This document shows positions 18,449 through 27,617 of a stretch of DNA of 61,038 bases, in pieces. Source of the DNA: a candidate division WWE3 bacterium (GTDB taxonomy: Bacteria > Patescibacteriota > WWE3 > UBA101185 > UBA10185); the NCBI GenBank assembly GCA_945897985.1, contig CAMDGN010000001.1:1-61038 (forward strand), in the 5' to 3' direction. Position numbers and translations under genes: made by a program. The stretch's first letter is position 1; each line of letters starts with the position of its first letter. Under the pieces are notes generated by a model, which was not told where the DNA came from, did not search any database, and worked only from the letters and a program-made list of their open reading frames with translations.

Positions 18449-19110
18449 TTTTGAGGGTAGATTCGATTAATTTCTGCTAAAACTTCGGTATTTAAATCTT
18501 TGTTTTGTAGATCAATAAGTTTTCCATTTAGAAAAATAGCTGGAGTTCCTTTTATTTGTAGATTTGCTGCGTCAGTTAGATCTTGGTCAACTTTTGATTT
18601 ATTTTCAGCACTATCCCATTCTTTTATAAATTCATCTTTATTAATTCCCAATCTTTCAACGATAGCTAAAATTGAGTCTCTATCAAGTTTTTCTGCGTCA
18701 AGTAAGGCGTTGTGCATATCTTCGAATTTGTTAAATTTAACCGCTGCCTCAGTAGCTAAAGCTGCAGAGTAAGAGTTTTCATGACCTGGATTATCTTTTA
18801 GCGGAAAATTTCTAACTATCAATCTAAGTTTATTTTTATTTCCTGCTACTAAGTTTTTAAGTACTGGATTTATTGTTTTACAGTATGGGCATGAGTAATC
18901 CAAAAATTCAACAACAGTTACCCGAGCGTCCTTGAATCCAATGACCGGATCTTTTTGAGTAAATAAATCTTTTTCTTCAATAGGTGTTAATGAGGGTTGT
19001 TGGTTTGGAGTACTTTGTCCTGCAATTATTATAGAGATAAATACAATTGCTGTTGCGATTCCAATATAAAAAATAGGAGTATTTCTTTTGAAGTATTCTT
19101 TCATTTTCAA
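18445..19110 (-). CDS. membrane-anchored DsbA-family thiol:disulfide oxidoreductase
   Basis: N-terminal TM segment and the CPYC active site in a thioredoxin fold (VEFLDYSCPYCK). Confidence 0.8.
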   Translation of the reverse strand: MKMKEYFKRNTPIFYIGIATAIVFISIIIAGQSTPNQQPSLTPIEEKDLFTQKDPVIGFKDARVTVVEFLDYSCPYCKTINPVLKNLVAGNKNKLRLIVRNFPLKDNPGHENSYSAALATEAAVKFNKFEDMHNALLDAEKLDRDSILAIVERLGINKDEFIKEWDSAENKSKVDQDLTDAANLQIKGTPAIFLNGKLIDLQNKDLNTEVLAEINRIYPQN

Positions 19111-19135
19111 ATTATATCAAAGATTATAGGGAAAT

Positions 19136-20104
19136 TTATTCTTCAAAGGGAAGAAAGGTTGCAGTTGGAATTTTTTCTTCGACTTCTTTTTTGGATAGAA
19201 TTCCGTTGATGGCACCAACCTCTGTTAAACAGTAGGCGGAGTTAACGGTTCCCCAAATTAAAGCCTCTTTCATCGATTTGTTATAGAAGATAGCTGCCAA
19301 AAATCCAGCTGAATGTGAATCTCCTGCACCAGTTTTATCTCTTATTTCAAGTTTTTCGTTAAGAACTCCAAGTTGAGTTAGTTCGCCGTTTGAAAAACAA
19401 CTAGAGCCGTTTTTTCCGTTAGTAATAACACTCATTTTGACTCCTCTTTTTTCTAATTCTTCGTGTTGTTCCTTAGTGGTGTTTTTGTTAGTTATATAAA
19501 AAGCTTCTTCTTTGTTTACAAATAAGATGTCACAGACTTCCAAAAATTTGTTAAGCTTTTGAGGCCCTAATTTCATCTGAGTTGATCCTGGATTAAATGA
19601 AACCATAATATCTCGGTTTGATTTTAGGTATTCAATTAATTTATCCATATAACTTTCAAAATTCCCGGCTTGAGAGGAGTAATGAATCATCTTCGGTTTG
19701 GTGGGCCAGTTTTTTAATTCGTAGTTATATTTTTCGTGGTATGTAAGAATTGTTCTTTCATCTTGAAAAAAGATTATTTGGTGAACATTAGTAATTTTAT
19801 CTTCGTTAAGTCTAGTATATGTTGTATCAACTCCTCTTTTATTGAGTTCTGAGATGATTTGGTTTCCAAACGCATCAAAGCCTATTTCTGAATCAAGAGA
19901 AACTTTAAGGCCTAATTTTGCAAGCCCTACGCCGGTATTAATAGAGTTTCCAGCAATTGTGGTTTTATACTCTGATACAGAAATTTTGGATCCAAATGGA
20001 AAAGATATTTTGCAGTTTATCTCGTCTTTTGAACAAGAGATTTCTGCTTCGTCGATTTTTAAAAATTCATCAATTGTGGAGTCACCAATCATTAAAATAT
20101 CCAT
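19136..20104 (-). CDS. PfkB-family carbohydrate/nucleoside kinase
   Basis: 322 aa with a ribokinase-like fold. C-terminal DKTGAGDSHSAGF anion-hole motif. Confidence 0.8.
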   Translation of the reverse strand: MDILMIGDSTIDEFLKIDEAEISCSKDEINCKISFPFGSKISVSEYKTTIAGNSINTGVGLAKLGLKVSLDSEIGFDAFGNQIISELNKRGVDTTYTRLNEDKITNVHQIIFFQDERTILTYHEKYNYELKNWPTKPKMIHYSSQAGNFESYMDKLIEYLKSNRDIMVSFNPGSTQMKLGPQKLNKFLEVCDILFVNKEEAFYITNKNTTKEQHEELEKRGVKMSVITNGKNGSSCFSNGELTQLGVLNEKLEIRDKTGAGDSHSAGFLAAIFYNKSMKEALIWGTVNSAYCLTEVGAINGILSKKEVEEKIPTATFLPFEE

Positions 20105-20105
20105 A

Positions 20106-21080
20106 TTATTTTTGCCTCTCTAGAAATTGTAATATTTTTTTAGTTATTTGTTTGGAGGAGATTCCATATTTTTCGTATAAATCTTTTGGATCCCCACTTT
20201 CTCCAAACGTGTCACTGATTCCTATTAATTTCACCGGATAATTTTCCTCAGCCAATGCCTCCAGAACTGCTGAACCAACACCCCCATGAATTTGATGCTC
20301 TTCGATCACAACACCTTTTTTAGTTTTGGAGAGGGATCTGACTAAAGCTTCTTTATCTATTGGTTTTATAAATGGTAAATTAATTAATTCGATTGAAATT
20401 CCTTTTTCGTTTTCAATTTCGCTAACCGCATTTAAGGCTTCAAAAAAAATTGGTCCTGATACTATAACAGTTAAATCTATACCTTCAGTTATTAATTGAG
20501 CTTTCCCAAACTCCAGGGGAGTATTAGCTGCTGTTATTTGAGGAAGTTTTTCTCTATATGACCTGATGTAAACGGGACCCTCGTAATTAATTGCCAGATC
20601 AACAGCTTTAACCATTTGCTCGTAATCAACGGGATTAATAATTATTAAATTAGGTAAAACTCTTGTAATCGCAATGTCTTCTAAGGCTTGGTGAGTGGCG
20701 CCATCTTGCCCAGTCAGAAGCCCTGCATGATGTCCTATAATTTTCACATTTGAGTTTGAGTAACAGATTGAAACTCTAACTTGATCCCAATTTCTACCTG
20801 GAGAAAAAACTGCAAAAGAGTTGATAACTGTTATATTTCCGCAACTAGCTAAGCCCGCAGCTACGCCTGCCATATTTTGTTCGGCAACTCCTATTTCAAT
20901 AAATTGTTTGGGAAATTTTTTAGCAAATTCTTCGACTCTGGTTGATTCTCTAAGATCCGCACAAAGAACAATTAGGTTTGGATACTCTTCTCCGTTTTTA
21001 AGCAAAGAAAATCCTGCCCCGTCTCGGATAGATTTTTTGTTAATTAAATCTAAGTTTAGATTGAGGGCAGGATTTAGCAT
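20106..21080 (-). CDS. transketolase, C-terminal (Pyr-binding) subunit
   Basis: 324 aa. ...IEIGVAEQNMAGVAAGLA... and ...GATHQALEDIA... blocks. Confidence 0.9.
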   Translation of the reverse strand: MLNPALNLNLDLINKKSIRDGAGFSLLKNGEEYPNLIVLCADLRESTRVEEFAKKFPKQFIEIGVAEQNMAGVAAGLASCGNITVINSFAVFSPGRNWDQVRVSICYSNSNVKIIGHHAGLLTGQDGATHQALEDIAITRVLPNLIIINPVDYEQMVKAVDLAINYEGPVYIRSYREKLPQITAANTPLEFGKAQLITEGIDLTVIVSGPIFFEALNAVSEIENEKGISIELINLPFIKPIDKEALVRSLSKTKKGVVIEEHQIHGGVGSAVLEALAEENYPVKLIGISDTFGESGDPKDLYEKYGISSKQITKKILQFLERQK

Positions 21081-21088
21081 TTTAACAG

Positions 21089-21610
21089 TTATTTACACTC
21101 AACAGTTTTTTCTTCTTTGTCGAATGAAACATCCCCGTTATTTTTTTCTAAGATAACCATATCGATCGCAATGTTTGATTCTTCTGGGTTTTGACAAGTT
21201 TCACCAGGTTTTGAAAGTTGAATCACAGCATCAAGTTTGTTCTGTTCTGTGTTTTTCAAAATTGATTTTACTTTAATTGAGAATCCTTTAGTATCATTTG
21301 TATTTGTTGTAACTACAAGCAATCTATTTTTTGTAAAATCAACGCTTGGCATTTTGATTTTGTTTGCATCATCAACAATATTTTTTACTAAATTATCAAA
21401 TTCTTCTTTTGAGTTAATGATAGCTCTTTGTTTTTCAATTTTTTTGGTTGAAGCAATTACTGCCGGGAAGCCCTCAATTCTAGTCATTGCGTAAGGGTAT
21501 GGTTTGAAGAAATCTAAAATATTTTCTTTCATTAAAACAACTCCTAGAACAACAACAAGTACGACTATAATTACTGCAGGTATTAAAAGATTTGATTTAT
21601 TTTTTTTCAT
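21089..21610 (-). CDS. membrane-anchored hypothetical protein lodged between the two transketolase subunit genes
   Basis: 173 aa with an N-terminal TM segment. Overlaps the tkt-N gene by 14 nt. No confident family. Confidence 0.5.
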   Translation of the reverse strand: MKKNKSNLLIPAVIIVVLVVVLGVVLMKENILDFFKPYPYAMTRIEGFPAVIASTKKIEKQRAIINSKEEFDNLVKNIVDDANKIKMPSVDFTKNRLLVVTTNTNDTKGFSIKVKSILKNTEQNKLDAVIQLSKPGETCQNPEESNIAIDMVILEKNNGDVSFDKEEKTVECK

Positions 21611-22442
21611 TTTTGTAATTCTTTTCTAGAGATTCGATAGCAAGCTTTGCTTCTGACTCTGATGGTGGTTTTCCATGCCACTCAAATTTATACTCCATAA
21701 AATCTACGCCAAAACCTGGAATAGTATTGGCAATAATGACTACTGGTTTACTTATTATAGTCACAGATTTGGAAATTGCCAAATAAATTTCTTCCATATT
21801 ATTTCCGTCAATCTCAAGTACGTACCACCCAAAACTTTCAAATTTTTCATTTAAAGGATCTAGGTCTAGTATCTCCTGAGTTTTACCTGATATTTGAATA
21901 TTGTTCTTATCGATTATTAAAATTAATCCTGGAATTTTTCTAGCGCCGGCCAGCATAATTGCTTCCCAGGATTGTCCTTCATTTAATTCTCCATCACTTC
22001 CTAAAATAAATGTTTTGTATTTGTAATTTGTTATTTGTGCATTCATTGCAACCCCAACTCCAAAAGAAATTCCTTGACCTAAAGGTCCTGATGAATTTTC
22101 TACTCCTGGTAAAGAAGTATTGTGCGGATGACCCTGGAGTCTTGAATCAATTTGTCTAAAAGTAAGCAATTCTTCCTCAGGAAAAAAACCTTTTTTAGAC
22201 ATGGAGGCATATAAAACAGGGCAAATGTGCCCATTAGATAGAATTAGTCGGTCTCGGTTAAGTTCGTAAGGATTTTTAGGGTTTATATTTAGAAATTTAA
22301 AGTAAAGTGCTGCAAAAATATCTGCCATTCCTAGAGAACCTGCTGCATGACCAGATTTAGCATGGGTTAGCATTTTGATAACGGATTTTCGTAACTCGAA
22401 AGAAATTTCTTTGAGCTTTGTAATTTCTTCAACTGAAGTCAT
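21597..22442 (-). CDS. transketolase, N-terminal (TPP-binding) subunit
   Basis: 281 aa. SGHAAGSLG, LSNGH and GSDGELNEGQSWEA motifs. Confidence 0.9.
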   Translation of the reverse strand: MTSVEEITKLKEISFELRKSVIKMLTHAKSGHAAGSLGMADIFAALYFKFLNINPKNPYELNRDRLILSNGHICPVLYASMSKKGFFPEEELLTFRQIDSRLQGHPHNTSLPGVENSSGPLGQGISFGVGVAMNAQITNYKYKTFILGSDGELNEGQSWEAIMLAGARKIPGLILIIDKNNIQISGKTQEILDLDPLNEKFESFGWYVLEIDGNNMEEIYLAISKSVTIISKPVVIIANTIPGFGVDFMEYKFEWHGKPPSESEAKLAIESLEKNYKNEKK

Positions 22443-23644
22443 TAAAACAATTTGGAGTTACCGTTGTTTTTTTCGGTTATTCCTAGTCTATCTAAATACT
22501 CCAAAACTTCCTCTGGGGTTGTTACAACTTTAAACAAATCGGTTTCGTGATTTACTATATGTAAATTTTTAGTTAAGACGTTAAGAATTTCATTCCAAAA
22601 ATCTCCATAAAGTAGAATTGGTTTGGAATCTGGTTCGTGAATCCAAGATGAGACCCAAGTCATTCCAAGTTCTGATAGCGTTCCAATACTTCCTTTAAAA
22701 ATAATGTGAATATCTGTGGTTTGAAGCATTACTTTGGTTCTATCAAAATAATCTAAAGTAATAATTTCATCGTCATATGTATTTTCTAAATCAATCCCTT
22801 CATAATGGATCTTAGCTTTACCTGGGTGGTATGTAATAACTTGGGCATATTTTCCTGCAGCTTGGGCGCCAAGGGTTGCAGCTCTCATCACACCTGGTCC
22901 ACCACCGTTCACAACCACATATCCCTTTTCTGCAATCAATCTCGCAACCTCAAACGCATCCTTAAATGGCTGGTCTTGGGGAAACCAGGCTGAGCCTCCT
23001 AAAAATGCAACCTTAATTTTTTTATTAATTTTCATCAATCTTTCATTGAAATATTGTAATTTTTTGGTTGGGTTTGGGTCTTTGAAAATAGCTGACCCTA
23101 TTCCTAAATTATTTATTTTTTCGGTAACCAGTCTATGAAGATTTTCCTCATTAACTCCCCCATCAATTTGAATTGAAAGTTGCGGATATTTTTTATGGAA
23201 ATCTATTGCTTCGTGAAGCGGTTTTTCAAGTAACTCTTGTCCCTGGTAACCTGGGTTAACTGTAAGAAATTGTACATAGTTTACCAAATGGGAGTATTTT
23301 TCTATTTCTGAAACCGGTGTTTCAGGATTTTTGCAAATACCAACATTTTTAGTTCTTTTAAGCATTTGCATAATAGCTTTCTCAGCATTTTTTGATTCAA
23401 CATGGATAATAATTGAATCATTAGGTTTTAAAGGTATATCGATAAATTGAAGTGGGTTAGTTACCATTAAATGATACTCAACTCTAGCTTTGGTAGAGAT
23501 TTTCTCAAGGTCAAGGAAAGTTTCAGCTGATGTAAAAACCCCATCGCAAACATCAATTTGAACTTTATCGGCGTGGTTCTCAACCAAGGCAAGTTTTTTT
23601 TGAATATCTTTTAAATTTTCTTCTAAAATGGCAGGTATTATCAT
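22442..23644 (-). CDS. fusion of ribulose-phosphate 3-epimerase-like barrel (N) with LOG/TIGR00730-type Rossmann domain (C)
   Basis: N-half: PAIL, IDVCDG, HLMV, TVNPGYQGQ, IQIDGGVN, GSAIF (Rpe signature order). C-half: VVNGGGPGVMRA...FKGSIGTLSE (LOG family PGGxGTxxE-like). Confidence 0.75.
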   Translation of the reverse strand: MIIPAILEENLKDIQKKLALVENHADKVQIDVCDGVFTSAETFLDLEKISTKARVEYHLMVTNPLQFIDIPLKPNDSIIIHVESKNAEKAIMQMLKRTKNVGICKNPETPVSEIEKYSHLVNYVQFLTVNPGYQGQELLEKPLHEAIDFHKKYPQLSIQIDGGVNEENLHRLVTEKINNLGIGSAIFKDPNPTKKLQYFNERLMKINKKIKVAFLGGSAWFPQDQPFKDAFEVARLIAEKGYVVVNGGGPGVMRAATLGAQAAGKYAQVITYHPGKAKIHYEGIDLENTYDDEIITLDYFDRTKVMLQTTDIHIIFKGSIGTLSELGMTWVSSWIHEPDSKPILLYGDFWNEILNVLTKNLHIVNHETDLFKVVTTPEEVLEYLDRLGITEKNNGNSKLF

Positions 23645-23651
23645 TTTTATT

Positions 23652-24095
23652 TTAGATTGAACTATTTTCTATTATAGATACTTTTTCGATTCTTCTCAAA
23701 TGTCTTTCTTGTGGTTCAAAACTTAATTCTGAAAAAGTTTTAATAATTTTCATAACTTCGTCTTCACTCAGAAATTCAGCCGGAATACAGATTACATTAA
23801 TATTATCATCACTAATTAAACTCTTCGTATGTTCAACTGAGAAAGTTAAAGCTGACCTAATTTTTTTAAATTTATTCGCCGCAATGCAAACCCCACCCCC
23901 GTTATGACAGATTAAAATTCCTTTATTTTCATTTATATTTTTGTATAAATTTTTAACTAGAATGTAAACGTAATCTGGGTAATCATCCTCTTTAATGAAT
24001 TCTTTTGGACCCAAGTCCTTAATGTCTTTGAATTTAGCTGTGACTTTATTTTTCAAATCAAATCCAGCATGGTCTGAGGCAATAAATAAGTTCAT
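23652..24095 (-). CDS. rpiB: ribose-5-phosphate isomerase B
   Basis: 147 aa. IASDHAGFDLK start and the GGGVCIAANK block of the RpiB/LacAB family. Confidence 0.85.
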   Translation of the reverse strand: MNLFIASDHAGFDLKNKVTAKFKDIKDLGPKEFIKEDDYPDYVYILVKNLYKNINENKGILICHNGGGVCIAANKFKKIRSALTFSVEHTKSLISDDNINVICIPAEFLSEDEVMKIIKTFSELSFEPQERHLRRIEKVSIIENSSI

Positions 24096-24703
24096 AAATT
24101 AGTTTTTAATCTAAATATTTTGAAACCTCCGTAGATTATAAAGATTAAACTGACTAAACTTAGAAATCCTAGGTAGTTACCTTTTGTATACTCGATGAAA
24201 AATCTAATAGCACCGTAGTTTAGAAAGAACAGTGCTGTTATAACCCCATCTTTTTTATTTATTTTAGAGGCAATCAGGAGAATTCCGAAATTAACTAAAT
24301 TTAATCCCATTTCATAAAAAGAATAGGGAAGCAGCTCTTTGTTAGTTATATTTCCAATTCTTCCAACAAACTGAGCGATTGGAATAACTAAGAAGATTCG
24401 ATCGGTTAGGTGATAGAACCTGGCTTTGTAAATTATGGATAAAATCATTATTGTGAAATAACCAAACACAATAGCTCCAAGAACTGAAAACCCGTATGAA
24501 GAGAAGATTAGGTTTGGTGTGACTGAATAGAACATGTAATTTTCAAAAACATGAAAAATCTTGGCCCCGATTAAACTGAATATAACAGTATAAAAAACTA
24601 GTTGCCAGAAAAAGTCGTGGTCAACAATGTGATGAACTAGTTTTTTTGCAATGTAAATTAAAAGACAGACAGCTAAAACAACAAAAAAGGAATAGTAATT
24701 CAT
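24092..24703 (-). CDS. short Lgt-like (prolipoprotein diacylglyceryl transferase family) membrane protein
   Basis: 203 aa, polytopic. GAKIFHV and VGRIGNITNKE resemble Lgt GARLxHV / GRxGNFxNxE motifs. Shorter than canonical Lgt. Confidence 0.5.
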   Translation of the reverse strand: MNYYSFFVVLAVCLLIYIAKKLVHHIVDHDFFWQLVFYTVIFSLIGAKIFHVFENYMFYSVTPNLIFSSYGFSVLGAIVFGYFTIMILSIIYKARFYHLTDRIFLVIPIAQFVGRIGNITNKELLPYSFYEMGLNLVNFGILLIASKINKKDGVITALFFLNYGAIRFFIEYTKGNYLGFLSLVSLIFIIYGGFKIFRLKTNL

Positions 24704-25251
24704 TTGAATGAGTAGATGGCAAGGCCAATTGAGGAAATAATTACTAAATTATAGATAATTATAAAAAATGTTCCTGGAGTTTTTTTAAGAATCCAGAACC
24801 AATCATTGGCATGTCCTTGGAAGTAAAAATAAAAAAATCTAAACACAGAATTTAATTGGATTGATATCACTAACGCTTTAAAGAATATTGAAACATCGGA
24901 TCTAACTAAAAATATTGAGAAAAAAATTAAGGAGATTTGAAATAGAGCGCTATTTAAAGTTTTATTTTCAACTTGATCACTATGAAAAATAATATAATTA
25001 AATGCACCTGTGTAGTCTTTGCTTTTGATGTAATCCTTTAGCATTCCAGAAAACTGATCGGCTGGTTCTAGAACATAGGTATGTAGAAAATAATCTAAAT
25101 CAAGGAAAAATGTTCCAAGCAGTGATCCTAAGATAAGTAAAATTAAGTCTACAGTGTCTCCTTTATAAATTTGAGTTACTAATACTACCGCTAAGGAAAT
25201 GCTGAGAATAAAGGGGATTCGATAATATTTAAATAGGTTAGTTTTGTTCAT
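24700..25251 (-). CDS. polytopic membrane protein, unknown function
   Basis: 183-aa hydrophobic ORF. Its ends overlap both neighbouring genes (operonic). Confidence 0.5.
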   Translation of the reverse strand: MNKTNLFKYYRIPFILSISLAVVLVTQIYKGDTVDLILLILGSLLGTFFLDLDYFLHTYVLEPADQFSGMLKDYIKSKDYTGAFNYIIFHSDQVENKTLNSALFQISLIFFSIFLVRSDVSIFFKALVISIQLNSVFRFFYFYFQGHANDWFWILKKTPGTFFIIIYNLVIISSIGLAIYSFK

Positions 25252-25510
25252 TCTTCTTTTTCTTTAATTCTGTTAGTTTCCACATAAATATTTTTCCTTT
25301 TGTAAGACTTCTTTCGTTGGATAGGGCAAAAAGCCTGGCTTCTTCTAAAATATTTCTATCAGTTGATTTAGCAAGTTTGATATACAAAGCGCGTTTAGTT
25401 GGATCTACAAGCTCATCAGCCAATCTATTGCCATAGGCTTGATACTCGTATTGATTTCTATGGTCCTTCTTAACATTTATTTTGGTTGCAATTTCCGAGA
25501 TTGACTTCAT
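25238..25510 (-). CDS. small hypothetical protein
   Basis: 90-aa basic ORF in an operonic overlap with both neighbours. Confidence 0.45.
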   Translation of the reverse strand: MKSISEIATKINVKKDHRNQYEYQAYGNRLADELVDPTKRALYIKLAKSTDRNILEEARLFALSNERSLTKGKIFMWKLTELKKKKNEQN

Positions 25511-25848
25511 TTACCAGCTTCCTCTCGGGCTAGATCGCCAACAATTGGTAATTTAATTTCTTTATTGTTGTAAGCGGTGTAAATCAAATAAATCCAGATT
25601 AAAAAGAAAGCTGTTGTAGAGAACTGGACTATGTAAGTTCCAATCAGAGGAATGTAATTAACAATTCCAATAAAAATTAAAAAGAAAGTTGAAAAATAAA
25701 TTGATTGAAGCGCATGAAATCTAACAAACTTATTATTTTTTTCAGATTGCAAAATTAAAAGACCCGAGATAAAAAATAGAAAGTAAGCATTGGCAGCCTC
25801 TACATTAGGTTTCATATGGTAATTTTTTTGAGCAGTTTCGGCAGGCAT
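25507..25848 (-). CDS. small membrane protein (DUF4870-like)
   Basis: 113 aa with 3 TM segments and an FHALQS motif typical of DUF4870-type proteins. Confidence 0.5.
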   Translation of the reverse strand: MPAETAQKNYHMKPNVEAANAYFLFFISGLLILQSEKNNKFVRFHALQSIYFSTFFLIFIGIVNYIPLIGTYIVQFSTTAFFLIWIYLIYTAYNNKEIKLPIVGDLAREEAGK

Positions 25849-25862
25849 ATTTCTATTATATT

Positions 25863-27605
25863 TTATTTGCTTTTAAGTTGGTATATATCTTTTATTTCCT
25901 CTAAAGATGTTGAATCTATTGGTCCTTTATCTTCTCTAAAATTCATAAGTCTTGGGAATCTAAGAGCCAGCCCCGCTGTATGAATCGGTGATTTACTAAT
26001 TTCATCTGCTCTTACTGTAACAACAATTTTGGGTTTTACCCAGATATCAGGATACATATCTTTTTCGACGTCAAAATCTTTTGGTTTTTCTTTAGTTTTA
26101 ATTTCATCACAGTCTTTTTTGATTTTCACCCATTCCTCGTCTGTAAGCCCCGATCCAACCTTAGAAATAGTTTTATAGGTATTGGTTTCGGAATCAAAGA
26201 TTCCAACTAAAAATCCACCAATTCCAAATTCAGATCTAGACCCTTTTCCATAAAAATATCCCATTACAACAACGTCAAGAGTATCCGCGACTTCATCTTT
26301 TTCATTTCTTTTAAATTTAATCCAAGAAAAAGCTCTGGCCCCAGCTTCATAATTTGAATCAGGTTTTTTAGCCATAATTCCTTCTAATTTTCTTCTTTTA
26401 GCTTCGTTGAAGAAGTCCTCAACTTCTAAAGGATCGCTGGTTTCGATATGAGAATCAATTTCAATATTTCCACCCTTTTTAACAATTTGATTAAGTATCT
26501 TTCTTCTTTCAAGAAGTGGTAGGTTTAAAGTTTCTTTTCCGTTGAGATAAAGAATATCGAAAACAAGGTACTTTAATGGAATTTGTAAGGCCATTTCAGC
26601 TACATTATGCTTTCTTTTTCTTTGAATAGTTTCTTGAAAGGGAAGATACTCCCCAGTTTCTCTATTAAATCCAATTGCTTCTCCATCTAAAATCACTGAT
26701 TCAACATCAAGCTGATTTATTGCGTCTTCAATAATGTCTGGATATTGATGAGTCGTCTCTTCAAGGTTTCGTGTAAAAGTTTTTACAAGGAATTCCTCTT
26801 TTGCTCCAAATAAATTTTCGGAAGTTTTTTTGTTTGATTTATCAAGATGTAGTTGTACCCGTGTTCCATCAAATTTAAATTCGCACCATACTTTACCCAT
26901 TTTTTCGATAATTTCTTCTGGAGAGGAAAGTCTTTGAGCCTTTTGAGGATTTACAGGAACTCCTGGAGTAATTTTAATCTTATTAATTCCTTCAATCCCA
27001 TGCTCTTTAATTTGTTCGGCAATGTGTCCTATATCGGGATGTCGGTTAAAGGCGTCCTCGATTTGTTGCTTTAGTTTTTTGTCATTTAAAAATTTACACA
27101 ATCCATCAACAATTGTTAGTTCTGTAAATCCGAGTCTATTGTTTCCTAATATAATTCTAACTATGAATTTATTTGATAATGGGTCAAGTTCGTTAAGTAG
27201 GTTTAGAATCTTTTGGGATTTTTTATCCTGTGAACCAGTACCCTCAATCTCTGCAATTTCTACAAGTTTATTGTACGCTTCGGTAAGTGAGAGGTTGGAA
27301 GATTTTTCTTTTGAGAGAGTCAAGGTTACAGAACCAAGGTCACCTTCTTTAGAATAGATTTGATTTATTTTTTCAACTTCTTCGCCTGAAAACATTGCTA
27401 AAGTTTTTACCATTTGCTTATCAGCAAAATTAAATTTTAAATCTGCAAACGGGGCTTTAAGAGTTCCAAGTGATAGGTAAATTCCATTTTTAATTTCTGA
27501 AGGTGAAAGTTCTTTAATCATCTCAGCTAGAATATCGGTCATCTCTAGTCTTTTTGAGGTTGAATCTAGTTTATCTAAGAATTGACTAAATTTATTAAAA
27601 TTCAT
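25863..27605 (-). CDS. ATP-dependent DNA ligase, Lig1/archaeal type
   Basis: 580 aa. N-terminal DNA-binding domain, adenylation motif I CEFKFDGTRVQLH, EGIMAK (motif IV-like), and a C-terminal OB domain. Confidence 0.9.
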   Translation of the reverse strand: MNFNKFSQFLDKLDSTSKRLEMTDILAEMIKELSPSEIKNGIYLSLGTLKAPFADLKFNFADKQMVKTLAMFSGEEVEKINQIYSKEGDLGSVTLTLSKEKSSNLSLTEAYNKLVEIAEIEGTGSQDKKSQKILNLLNELDPLSNKFIVRIILGNNRLGFTELTIVDGLCKFLNDKKLKQQIEDAFNRHPDIGHIAEQIKEHGIEGINKIKITPGVPVNPQKAQRLSSPEEIIEKMGKVWCEFKFDGTRVQLHLDKSNKKTSENLFGAKEEFLVKTFTRNLEETTHQYPDIIEDAINQLDVESVILDGEAIGFNRETGEYLPFQETIQRKRKHNVAEMALQIPLKYLVFDILYLNGKETLNLPLLERRKILNQIVKKGGNIEIDSHIETSDPLEVEDFFNEAKRRKLEGIMAKKPDSNYEAGARAFSWIKFKRNEKDEVADTLDVVVMGYFYGKGSRSEFGIGGFLVGIFDSETNTYKTISKVGSGLTDEEWVKIKKDCDEIKTKEKPKDFDVEKDMYPDIWVKPKIVVTVRADEISKSPIHTAGLALRFPRLMNFREDKGPIDSTSLEEIKDIYQLKSK

Positions 27606-27617
27606 AATTTGATTATA

